Source: Chthonomonas calidirosea (GTDB lineage: Bacteria; Armatimonadota; Chthonomonadetes; Chthonomonadales; CAJBBX01). Taken from it: a stretch of DNA of 64,000 bases. Below the pieces are notes generated by a model. That model ran no database searches, was not told the DNA's origin, and was given only the letters and a program-made list of their open reading frames with translations. Below, piece after piece: positions 1 through 7,967 of this stretch (position 1 is its first letter; each line of letters opens with the position of its first letter). Position numbers and translations under genes: made by a program. Where the stretch lies: assembly GCA_020722705.1 (NCBI GenBank), contig DYKI01000002.1, positions 41,968 through 105,967 on the forward strand. The letters are read 5' to 3'.

Positions 1-104
1 CCCAAGCCACATCCACTCACCCTAACCCCGGCAGTTCGACGCAACCTCACAACCACGTCGCTGCCACGCCGGACCGCGCTCCTTCATTAGGGAGGACGAC
101 GCTC

Positions 105-893
105 CTACGAACCGAGACGCTCCCGAAGCATTCCGCTCATCCGCGTTCCCGCGCACAGGAAGTGGCGCTTGGTTCGCCACTCGGCCAGCAGGCCCGCAGG
201 CGTCAGGTCCTCGCCATCCAGATAGTCAAAAGCGAGCCCGGCCTCGCCGCAGAGGCACATGGCAGCCGCCATGTCCACGATCCCTTCGCCCACCCCGACG
301 GCGCCGATGGCGCGCCCCTCGGCAACCAGACACAACTCCAGAGCGATACTCCCGAGGCATCGCAGGCGGGCCTCAACACGCGACACCGGAAGGGTCTTCA
401 GGCCGTTCGTCGAAACGCAAAGAACGTCCTCATACTCAATGCCGTCAGGGTCCCGCGCACATAGACGGACACCGTTGCAGAAGGCGCCGCCGCCTCGGGT
501 GCCCCAGTACAAACGATCCAGCGCCGGCGCATAGACAACACCGGCCGCCGCCACTCCATCGCGCAGCAAGCCGAGCGACACGCACCAGTGCGGAAGACCG
601 CGCACATAGTTGGTCGTGCCGTCAATGGGGTCGCATATCCATACGTCGGGCCGCCGCTCGGTCCGAAGGCCGTACTCCTCACCTCCGAAGCCGGCGTCCG
701 GATACAGCCGCGCTATGCCGGCCGCCAGATAGTCCTCGGTGTCGCGATCCACTGCCGTGACAAGGCTTTGATCGGCCTTCGCCTCGGCTCTGACGTTGCC
801 CCATTGATCGAGCGCCCGGCGCCCGGCTTCGACAATGAGGTCGCGAACGGGGCCGATGTCGAAGCCGCTCCCGTCGCGCTCAGAGCCGGGCAT
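105..893 (-). CDS. Inositol monophosphatase (IMPase/SuhB) family phosphatase; possible HisN-type histidinol-phosphatase
   Basis: 262-aa ORF with the IMPase-fold metal-binding motif WICDPIDGTTNY. Its ATG at 893 overlaps the stop of the upstream mdh-like gene by 14 nt. It is the last gene of the same-strand his/sucD/mdh string. Confidence 0.8.
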   Translation of the reverse strand: MPGSERDGSGFDIGPVRDLIVEAGRRALDQWGNVRAEAKADQSLVTAVDRDTEDYLAAGIARLYPDAGFGGEEYGLRTERRPDVWICDPIDGTTNYVRGLPHWCVSLGLLRDGVAAAGVVYAPALDRLYWGTRGGGAFCNGVRLCARDPDGIEYEDVLCVSTNGLKTLPVSRVEARLRCLGSIALELCLVAEGRAIGAVGVGEGIVDMAAAMCLCGEAGLAFDYLDGEDLTPAGLLAEWRTKRHFLCAGTRMSGMLRERLGS

Positions 894-1890
894 TTATGGC
901 GCCCCACTCGCCGACAGGCGGCAGCAGTCCGGCCCGAATCACCTCGTCCCGCAGGGCGCAGATGTGCGAGTAGCTGTCCTGCAGCGCCGCCGTATCCTCT
1001 TCATCGCCGCTGGGCACATTGGCCACCATGCCATGAGCGGAGAAGGCGACCGGCGCCGCCATCATCACGTTGGCGTACGGACCGTCGGCGAAGAACGCTC
1101 CGCAGGGCCACGGGTACGCGCTGCATTCGATCCTCGCGCGCAGCATGGCGACACTCTGATGCGCAGGCGACTGGAATGATGATCGTCCCCGGAGTTTGAT
1201 GATATGCGCGCCGCCCCCACGCACGGCATCCTTCACAGCTTCCCACTCGGACGCCGAGAGAGAGCGCCCATTGGCGGAGGCGCCGGCCAGAATGTCAGTC
1301 AGGGCCACGCCTGCGACGTTGATGCCGCTCTTGAACACGGCCATCTTCTCGCCATGGCCGCCGTAAGTCGCGCAGCCGGTGACGGCATCGGGCAGCACGC
1401 CGAAATGCGCCGCCAGCGCCGAGCGCAGTCGCGTGCTGTCGAGCGCCGCCAGAGTCGTCACGTTCATGGCAGGCAGACCCGAATGCACGAGTGTCACCAG
1501 CCCGGTGATGTCGGCAGGGTTGAAGATAACGACAACGAACTCGGCCTCAGGCGCGTACCGGGCGATGTCGAGCCCGAGCTGCCGCGCAATCTCGCAGTTG
1601 CCCAGGAGCAGGTCTTCGCGCGTCATGCCCTCTTTGCGTGGCGCTCCGCCGGAGGAGATAACGTAAGACGCACCGGCAAGTGCCTCGCCAGGATCGGTCG
1701 TCCAGGTTATTTCGGCCTCCGGGTAAGCGCAATGGTGTATCTCCTGAGCCGCCCCCTCCAGACCCTGAGCATAGGGATCGTACATGGCGATTCGACAGGC
1801 CGTACCCGTGCTGAGCAGATCCTGCACCACATTCGAGCCAATGGCCCCGGCCGCCCCCATGACGGCCACTTTCCGCGTCGTAAGGTACAT
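880..1890 (-). CDS. mdh: NAD-dependent malate/lactate dehydrogenase family protein
   Basis: Rossmann N-terminus KVAVMGAAGAIGSNV and an LDH/MDH-like core (NPADI, GGHGE). Start set at ATG 1890 (MYLTTRK), preceded by GGGAGGAACG. The longer track ORF to 1950 only extends into the tandem repeat. Confidence 0.7.
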   Translation of the reverse strand: MYLTTRKVAVMGAAGAIGSNVVQDLLSTGTACRIAMYDPYAQGLEGAAQEIHHCAYPEAEITWTTDPGEALAGASYVISSGGAPRKEGMTREDLLLGNCEIARQLGLDIARYAPEAEFVVVIFNPADITGLVTLVHSGLPAMNVTTLAALDSTRLRSALAAHFGVLPDAVTGCATYGGHGEKMAVFKSGINVAGVALTDILAGASANGRSLSASEWEAVKDAVRGGGAHIIKLRGRSSFQSPAHQSVAMLRARIECSAYPWPCGAFFADGPYANVMMAAPVAFSAHGMVANVPSGDEEDTAALQDSYSHICALRDEVIRAGLLPPVGEWGAINARL

Positions 1891-2069
1891 CGTTCCTCCC
1901 TTGGACCTCACGCGAGCGCCCGGACGGCGGGGACGCCGTCCCTCCCGCATTGGTAGGGTACATCGTTCCTCCCTTGGACCTCACGCGAGCGCCCGGACGG
2001 CGGGGACGCCGTCCCTCCCGCATTGGTAGGGTACATCGTTCCTCCCTTGGACCTCACGCGAGCGCCCGT
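1885..2069. repeat. 73-bp tandem repeat: two identical full units (1885-1957, 1958-2030) plus a roughly 38-bp partial unit that merges into the real sucD 3' end
   Basis: Direct reading shows gtacatcgttcctcccttggacctcacgcgagcgcccggacggcggggacgccgtccctcccgcattggtagg repeated exactly. Each unit contains the hairpin GGACGGCG-N4-CGCCGTCC (1922-1941 and 1995-2014). Confidence 0.95.
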
Positions 2070-2923
2070 GCGACCAGACCTGCAACTTCATGCGTTGTCT
2101 CAGCCACCGGAGAACCGGCGGCCGTCAATGCCTCAACTTTCGCCGCAGCCGTGCCCGAACGTCCGCTGACGATGGCGCCGGCGTGCCCCATGCGCTTGCC
2201 TGGCGGCGCCGAGCGCCCTCCAATGAAACTGATCACAGGCTTGCTCATCGTCGGTATGAACTCCGCCGCCGCCTCCTCGTCACTCCCGCCGATCTCTCCG
2301 ATCAGGACGACCGCACGTGTCGCAGCGTCAGCCTCGTATAGCCGGAGCGCGTCCAGAAAGGACGTGCCGATGATGGGATCCCCGCCGATTCCCATGCAGG
2401 TGCTCTGGCCCAGGCCGGCTCGAGTCAGCTCATCAACGATCTCGTACGTCAGCGTCCCGCTGCGCGAGACGACCCCCACCGGTCCCGGCATGAACACATC
2501 GCCTGGCATGATGCCCATCTTGCAGCGTGGCGGCGTGATGATGCCTGGGCAGTTCGGGCCGATCACCCTGGTTCCGGCAGCCCGGGCCACGGGGAGCACA
2601 CGAATCATGTCGTGGATCGGAATGCCGTCGGTGATCACAACGACCAGGCCAATGCCCGCATCGGTCGCTTCGAGAACGGCGTCGGCGGCATAAGGGCCGG
2701 GAACGAACACGATCGAGGCGTTGGCATCCGCAGCCTCGACGGCTTCCTCGACGGTGTCGTACACCGAAACCCCGTCCGGTGTTGTGCTTCCCCCGCGACC
2801 CGGAACTACGCCCGCGACCACCGAGGTGCCATAGGCCAACATCTCCCGCGTATGAAACGATCCTTCACGGCCCGTGATTCCCTGCACGATCACACGGGTA
2901 TCGTCCCCGACCAATATGCTCAT
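2054..2923 (-). CDS. sucD: Succinyl-CoA synthetase (ADP-forming) alpha subunit
   Basis: 289 aa. Typical SucD N-terminus [24 protein letters not shown] and the phosphohistidine loop GHAGAI. Its ATG overlaps the stop of the upstream small ORF (ATGA). Confidence 0.9.
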   Translation of the reverse strand: MSILVGDDTRVIVQGITGREGSFHTREMLAYGTSVVAGVVPGRGGSTTPDGVSVYDTVEEAVEAADANASIVFVPGPYAADAVLEATDAGIGLVVVITDGIPIHDMIRVLPVARAAGTRVIGPNCPGIITPPRCKMGIMPGDVFMPGPVGVVSRSGTLTYEIVDELTRAGLGQSTCMGIGGDPIIGTSFLDALRLYEADAATRAVVLIGEIGGSDEEAAAEFIPTMSKPVISFIGGRSAPPGKRMGHAGAIVSGRSGTAAAKVEALTAAGSPVAETTHEVAGLVARALA

Positions 2924-3264
2924 CGCACCCCTATGCGTACTTCATTGGAGCTATCGGACGCCGCGGCTGGTCGGCTCTCCTCAATGCGCCTCAGCCGTTC
3001 ATCCAACAGGTCCATACGTGATTCAAGCCGCTGCAGCGCCGAGTCGAAGCTGAGATCGTACTCGGTGGCCGTGGAACGCAAGTCGGCAAGCTGCTTCGCC
3101 AGCTCGCGCACCTGCTCCTTGGGCGCCGCATCCGATCCGCGCTCCGCTCTGAGGCGCAACTGCATCTCGAGTACCTTTCGCCGATGCTCGGTCCAGATGG
3201 CCATCAGCGGAACAGCGAACACCAGCGCGAGTATGCCAAGAACAAACATGAACGGGTTGTACAT
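2920..3264 (-). CDS. Small single-pass membrane protein with coiled-coil tail (paralog B)
   Basis: 114 aa. Hydrophobic N-terminus [20 protein letters not shown] followed by a charged helical region containing [15 protein letters not shown]. Paralogous to the adjacent 3267-3575 ORF and coupled to sucD by an ATGA overlap. Confidence 0.6.
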   Translation of the reverse strand: MYNPFMFVLGILALVFAVPLMAIWTEHRRKVLEMQLRLRAERGSDAAPKEQVRELAKQLADLRSTATEYDLSFDSALQRLESRMDLLDERLRRIEESRPAAASDSSNEVRIGVR

Positions 3265-3266
3265 CC

Positions 3267-3575
3267 TCAGCTCCCTTCGCGAACCACTCCTTCGGCCTTG
3301 ACCGAGCCGGCCGCCGAAACGCGAGCCTGTCCTTCGAGCCGTTCAACGCGGTTTTCGAGGCGTTGCAGCATCGTGTCGAAGCTCAAATCGAATCGCGTTG
3401 TTGTGTCGCGCAGCTCCTGGATCTCATTCCGCAGGTTGGCAATCTCCTCGGCGCCGGCACTGACGGCGGCCTCGCGCAAGCGAAGCTTGATCTCTGCCAT
3501 GCGCCGCATGTGCGACGTAACAATGGCGACGATCGGGATGCCGAATATCAGTATGAGCGCGAGTTCGCCTTCCAT
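3267..3575 (-). CDS. Small single-pass membrane protein with coiled-coil tail (paralog A)
   Basis: 102 aa from ATG 3575 (MEGELALILIFGIPIVAIVTSH...), containing FDLSFDTMLQRLENR. Its start overlaps the hisA stop (TAATG). The longer track ORF to 3869 lies inside hisA. Confidence 0.6.
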   Translation of the reverse strand: MEGELALILIFGIPIVAIVTSHMRRMAEIKLRLREAAVSAGAEEIANLRNEIQELRDTTTRFDLSFDTMLQRLENRVERLEGQARVSAAGSVKAEGVVREGS

Positions 3576-4309
3576 TACTGCTCCCTTCCCAGTTCGATGG
3601 CAGCTCGCAGGCTCAGATCGCCTGTATAGAGAGCACGCCCCACAATCACGGCCTCGACGTTGCCCGGCGCCAACCGCTTCAGCGCGAGCAGATCGGCTTC
3701 CGTGCCTATCCCCCCAGAAGCGACGACGGGTATGCGCACCCGGTGGGCAACATTGCGAAGTGAGTCCAGATTCGGCCCGGTCTGAGTGCCGTCGCGTGCT
3801 ATGTCCGTGTAGACAATGCGCCGCGCGCCCAGTTCTTCCACATGCGCGGCCAGAGCGCCTGCCTCCCACGTCGTCGCCTGAGTCCAGCCGTCAACCGCAA
3901 CGCGGCCATCGCGGGCGTCTATCCCGGCGATCACGGCATCGCCAAGCGCCTCGAAGATCTGCGCCGCCTGCGCGGAGGCAATGGTGATGGCCGTGCCCAG
4001 GATCACACGATCCACTCCCATCGCGAGCGCAGCCCGCGCGGTATCAATGGTCCGGATGCCGCCGCCGAGCTGAACAGGCACGGGTACCGATCGGACTATC
4101 TCTGCGACGATCGCCCAGTGCTCATGCGTCGGCTCGCCCCTCTTTGCCCCATCGAGGTCCACGATGTGAATCCGCTCGGCCCCCTCGTCACACCACCGTC
4201 GCGCGTAGTCAAGAGGGCTATGCCTGAAAGCCGTCTCCCGTGAGTAGTCGCCCTGAAGAAGCCGGACGCATCGTCCTCCACGAAGGTCAATCGCGGGGAT
4301 AATCACCAT
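3575..4309 (-). CDS. hisA: ProFAR isomerase (1-(5-phosphoribosyl)-5-[(5-phosphoribosylamino)methylideneamino]imidazole-4-carboxamide isomerase)
   Basis: 244 aa. N-terminus MVIIPAIDLRGGRCVRLLQGDY and a C-terminal GxALY-like motif (VGRALYTGD). Confidence 0.9.
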   Translation of the reverse strand: MVIIPAIDLRGGRCVRLLQGDYSRETAFRHSPLDYARRWCDEGAERIHIVDLDGAKRGEPTHEHWAIVAEIVRSVPVPVQLGGGIRTIDTARAALAMGVDRVILGTAITIASAQAAQIFEALGDAVIAGIDARDGRVAVDGWTQATTWEAGALAAHVEELGARRIVYTDIARDGTQTGPNLDSLRNVAHRVRIPVVASGGIGTEADLLALKRLAPGNVEAVIVGRALYTGDLSLRAAIELGREQ

Positions 4310-4318
4310 CGCAGAAAC

Positions 4319-4936
4319 CTACGAAACCAGCGCCGCGAAGTTTCGCAGAACCTGCAGCCCGACGGTTCCGCTCTTCTCCGGATGGAACTGGGTCGCGAAC
4401 ACGTTGCCCCGCATCAGTGCGCTGCAGAACGAGACGCCATAGTCGGTCCTGGCAACGGTCACAGTGTCGTCGTTGGGAACACAGAAGTAGGAGTGAACGA
4501 AATAGGCCATGGCACGCCGCGGCACCCCGGCGAACAGCGGACAAGACGCATCCGCGTCAAGGGAGTTCCACCCCATGTGCGGCACCTTACGGTCGTCGTT
4601 CGGCCCGAAGCTGAAGCGCCGCACCTTCCCCTTGATCACCCCGAGCCCTGGAGTACGGCCCCCTTCTTCACTCTCGTCAAAGAGCATTTGCATCCCAATG
4701 CAGATGCCGAGGAACGGCCGGCCCGACGCGATGACATCCAGGGTCGCTCCGATGAGATCTGCCTGCCGCATACCGTCCATGCAGTGGGCGAGCGCGCCGA
4801 CGCCCGGCAGGATCACCCCCCGCTGCCTGAGCACCGTTTCGGGATCGCTCGTTACAACAGCGGGAACGCCAAGATAGCGGAGCGCTTTGTCAACGCTCCC
4901 GAGGTTTCCCGCCCCATAGTCAATGACAGCAATCAC
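4319..4936 (-). CDS. hisH: Imidazole glycerol phosphate synthase, glutamine amidotransferase subunit
   Basis: The conserved sequence begins at VIAVIDYGAGNLGS, with the catalytic Cys in GICIGMQ and HPEKS. GTG start at 4936 overlaps the upstream stop (GTGA). The track ORF to 5260 is an unsupported extension. Confidence 0.85.
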   Translation of the reverse strand: MIAVIDYGAGNLGSVDKALRYLGVPAVVTSDPETVLRQRGVILPGVGALAHCMDGMRQADLIGATLDVIASGRPFLGICIGMQMLFDESEEGGRTPGLGVIKGKVRRFSFGPNDDRKVPHMGWNSLDADASCPLFAGVPRRAMAYFVHSYFCVPNDDTVTVARTDYGVSFCSALMRGNVFATQFHPEKSGTVGLQVLRNFAALVS

Positions 4937-5949
4937 AGGCCGTTTGCCTCGTTTTGTGCGGCTTGCCGCCACGCCTGCAGGATTGCCTGTTCCCGATCGG
5001 AAGCCATGCCCGCTCGCATGGCACGGTCGGGCGGAAGGGTGGCATACCAATCGAGGATGTCGCGGACCGTGTCCTGGACCATGCGGCAGGTGAGTCCGGC
5101 CTCGAATGCGCGAGCCCCCGATACGGCATCCATACCCCGTGAGTTTTCGTCGTCGGGAATCCAGAGGGGCAGTTCCGTCCATGGCTGCACACCCTGTTCC
5201 AACAGGAAGCGCTCGGGCACCCAGCAGAACTGCGCAGGATTCGAGACTGCGGCGCAGCACGTTGCGATCAGGTCGCCGAAGGTGAACGGCGCGCTGGGGC
5301 CAACCGCGTTGAAAACGCCGCCGCGCCGCGCTTCACACATCGTCACGATCCACTGAGCCAGGTCTCGTGCATCTATGAACTGCACTCGTCGCCCGGGAAC
5401 GCCCGGAGCGATGGCGTCGCCGCCCCTCGACGCCCTTACCGGCCAGTAGGTGAACCGATCGGTTGGATCGTGCGGCCCGACGATAAGCCCGGGACGAATG
5501 ATGAGCGCTCCGGTTCCAAACTCGTGCGTCACCTCACCCTCGCACAGCGCCTTCAGCGCCCCGTAGGTCTCGCCGGTCACTTCCTCGGTCGTCGGATCGG
5601 CAAGCTCCGCCCGCGGAGCATCCTCGGTGATGCCGAACTCACGGAAGTCCCGATAGACGGACACCGACGATATGAAGACGTAGAGATCGCAAGCCGAGCG
5701 CAACAGACGGGCCGAGGCACCGACAATGCGGGGCACGTACCCGCACGTATCAACAACCGCATCCCACCTCCGCCCGGACAGCCGGTCCAGATCGCGTGCT
5801 CTGTCACCGGTAACCCGCTCAGCCTCCGGGAATAAGTCGGGATTGGACCGCCCCCTGTTGAACAGCGTTACTGCGTGGCCTCGCGCGATCGCCGCCTCAG
5901 CGATGTGACGGCCAAGAAAGACCGTTCCGCCCAGGATGAGCAGTTTCAA
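4933..5949 (-). CDS. NAD(P)-dependent epimerase/dehydratase-like SDR family protein
   Basis: Rossmann motif LILGGTVFLGRHIAEAA. A TTG start at 5949 lies 1 nt after the hisB stop. The stop overlaps the hisH GTG start. Confidence 0.65.
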   Translation of the reverse strand: MKLLILGGTVFLGRHIAEAAIARGHAVTLFNRGRSNPDLFPEAERVTGDRARDLDRLSGRRWDAVVDTCGYVPRIVGASARLLRSACDLYVFISSVSVYRDFREFGITEDAPRAELADPTTEEVTGETYGALKALCEGEVTHEFGTGALIIRPGLIVGPHDPTDRFTYWPVRASRGGDAIAPGVPGRRVQFIDARDLAQWIVTMCEARRGGVFNAVGPSAPFTFGDLIATCCAAVSNPAQFCWVPERFLLEQGVQPWTELPLWIPDDENSRGMDAVSGARAFEAGLTCRMVQDTVRDILDWYATLPPDRAMRAGMASDREQAILQAWRQAAQNEANGL

Positions 5950-5950
5950 G

Positions 5951-6547
5951 TCAAAGGACCCCTTTGGTGCTGGGCACCGACCCGTTCGGATCAATGATGC
6001 GCGTAGCCTCACGCAACGACAGCGCAAGGGCCTTGAAAGCGGCCTCGGCGAGATGGTGCGAGTTCCATCCCGATATGGACCGGATGTGAACCGTCATCAG
6101 CGCTTGATGGGCAAGGGCGCGGATGAACTCGGCCACAAGCTGCGTATCGAACCGTCCGATCTTCTCCGTGCGGAACGCCAGTTCGCACACGCTGTATGCT
6201 CGGCCGCTGATGTCCAGTGCACACTGCACCAGGCTCTCGTCCATGGGAGCTGTCGCGCTCCCGTAGCGGGCGATACCTGCGCGCGAGCCCAGAGCGTCTT
6301 TCAAAGCCGATCCCAGCGTGATGCCGACATCCTCAACCGTGTGGTGGTCGTCAATGTGCGTGTCGCCGGCACATGAAACGTCGAGGTCGAAACGCGCATG
6401 CCGGGCGAGCTGGTGCAGCATATGGTCGAAAAACCCGACGCCGGTGACGATCTGGGCGTTGCCGGCCCCGTCCAGATTAAGCCGGACCCGCACATCCGTC
6501 TCGGCTGTCTTGCGTTCCACCTTGGCCACCCGACTCGCTTCGCCCAT
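5951..6547 (-). CDS. hisB: Imidazoleglycerol-phosphate dehydratase (monofunctional)
   Basis: 198 aa. RKTAETDVRV, GFFDHMLHQL and DDHHTVEDVGI motifs are present. There is no N-terminal HAD phosphatase domain. Confidence 0.9.
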   Translation of the reverse strand: MGEASRVAKVERKTAETDVRVRLNLDGAGNAQIVTGVGFFDHMLHQLARHARFDLDVSCAGDTHIDDHHTVEDVGITLGSALKDALGSRAGIARYGSATAPMDESLVQCALDISGRAYSVCELAFRTEKIGRFDTQLVAEFIRALAHQALMTVHIRSISGWNSHHLAEAAFKALALSLREATRIIDPNGSVPSTKGVL

Positions 6548-6559
6548 GGACCGTTCTCC

Positions 6560-7861
6560 TTACCTGTCAGCTCCGGCATCCAGCCGAAGCACGGCAGCCG
6601 CGGCATGAGCATCGAAGCCTTCAGCCTCGGCCAGTCGAATCATCGTCGGTGCCTGGCGCTTAAGCGCAGCGGCGTCATAGCCGATGAAACTCGTCTTCTT
6701 CGTGAATGTGTCCACATTCAGCGGCGACCAGAAACGGGCGGTTCCGCCGGTCGGCAGCACATGACTGGGACCCGCGACATAGTCGCCTGCGGACTGGGGG
6801 GTCCAATGCCCGAGGATCACTGCTCCGGCGTGGCGGACACTCGACAGGAGCGCCATCGGTTCACGGACCATGAGCGCCAGGTGCTCCGGCGCACAGACGT
6901 TCGCGACCTCGATTGCCTCAGACAACGACCGGGTGATCACGATAGCGCCCTGCGCATCCAACGCGCTCCGGATCGTCTCTTGGCGTGCAAGCCGCGCCAT
7001 CTGTCGGGCCAGGCACCGTTCGACCTCATCGGCCAATGGAGCGCACGGGGTGATCAGATAGGCGGCGCACTCCGGATCGTGTTCGGCCTGTGTCAAGAGA
7101 TCGGCGGCGACGTACTCGGCGGTCGCCGTCTCATCGGCCACCACGCAGACCTCGCTCGGACCCGCGATCATATCCATGTCGGCAACGCCCCACAGCAGCT
7201 TCTTAGCCGCGCACACATAGGAGTTGCCCGGCCCCACGATCTTGTCAACGCGCGGCACCGTATCCGTCCCAAAGGCCATGGCCGCGACGGCCTGCGCGCC
7301 GCCGACCTTGAAGACCGACCGAACGCCCGCGATCCTGGCGGCATACAAGACGCTCGACGGTATCGTCCCGTCGCGGCGAGCCGGAGTGCACAGGACAATC
7401 TCAGGGACGCCGGCGACAGAGGCCGGACCTGCGGTCATGATGACACTGCTGGGATACTCCGCCCGCCCCCCGGGCACATACACTCCGACGCGATCGAGGG
7501 GCCGAAGTATCTGCCCCTTGACCTCACCCTCGGCAACCGTCAGCCAACTCGACCTGCGCTGAGGCTCGTGGAACGCGGCAACGGCACGGTACGCGGCATC
7601 GAGCGCTTCCGCCACGCCGGGCTCCAGGGCTTCGCAAGCGCGATCCCACTCTTCCTGACTGACGGCAAGGCAAGCCAGGCCAGGCGCGTCGAACTTGCGT
7701 CCAAGTTCGAGCAGCGCCTCGTCACCGCGTCGCCGCACGTCGTCAACGATGCCACGGACGATCCTATTGATCTCAGCGTCGTCCTCCGGCAGAAACCGTC
7801 GCACAGCCGTCCTGGCTGCTTCGATGCCGTCCCTTTCGATCTCGATGCGCCTCAACACCAC
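6560..7861 (-). CDS. hisD: Histidinol dehydrogenase
   Basis: 433 aa with typical HisD sequence (GGAQAVAAMAFGT, HDPECAA...). In-frame GTG/GTG/TTG candidates lie at 7861, 7858 and 7855. The GGAGGG at 7861-7866 favours TTG 7855 or GTG 7858. Confidence 0.9.
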   Translation of the reverse strand: MVLRRIEIERDGIEAARTAVRRFLPEDDAEINRIVRGIVDDVRRRGDEALLELGRKFDAPGLACLAVSQEEWDRACEALEPGVAEALDAAYRAVAAFHEPQRRSSWLTVAEGEVKGQILRPLDRVGVYVPGGRAEYPSSVIMTAGPASVAGVPEIVLCTPARRDGTIPSSVLYAARIAGVRSVFKVGGAQAVAAMAFGTDTVPRVDKIVGPGNSYVCAAKKLLWGVADMDMIAGPSEVCVVADETATAEYVAADLLTQAEHDPECAAYLITPCAPLADEVERCLARQMARLARQETIRSALDAQGAIVITRSLSEAIEVANVCAPEHLALMVREPMALLSSVRHAGAVILGHWTPQSAGDYVAGPSHVLPTGGTARFWSPLNVDTFTKKTSFIGYDAAALKRQAPTMIRLAEAEGFDAHAAAAVLRLDAGADR

Positions 7862-7892
7862 CCTCCAGGTCCACTCATTATACTCGTGGGCA

Positions 7893-7901
7893 TGCTACAA
7901 T
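7893..7901 (+). promoter_or_regulatory. Candidate extended -10 promoter (TGcTACAAT) for the aminotransferase gene
   Basis: TGCTACAAT read directly, about 65 nt upstream of the GTG start at 7968. There is no good -35, which is consistent with the extended -10 class. Confidence 0.4.
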
Positions 7902-7967
7902 GGGCCGTTCAAGCTCGGCGCGTCTCGACGTTCCAAGTCATCCGCGCGCACCCTCGGGAGGCTCCCT

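Noticed and set aside
1885-2069. The 73-bp repeat as a CRISPR array or minisatellite-encoded protein repeat (track ORFs 880-1950, 1547-2023 and 1784-2029 show a repeated [20 protein letters not shown]).
   Set aside because: The units are directly adjacent with no spacers, and no cas genes are present. The apparent peptide repeats are simply translations of the repeat in extension frames upstream of the well-supported mdh start (RBS plus ATG 1890).
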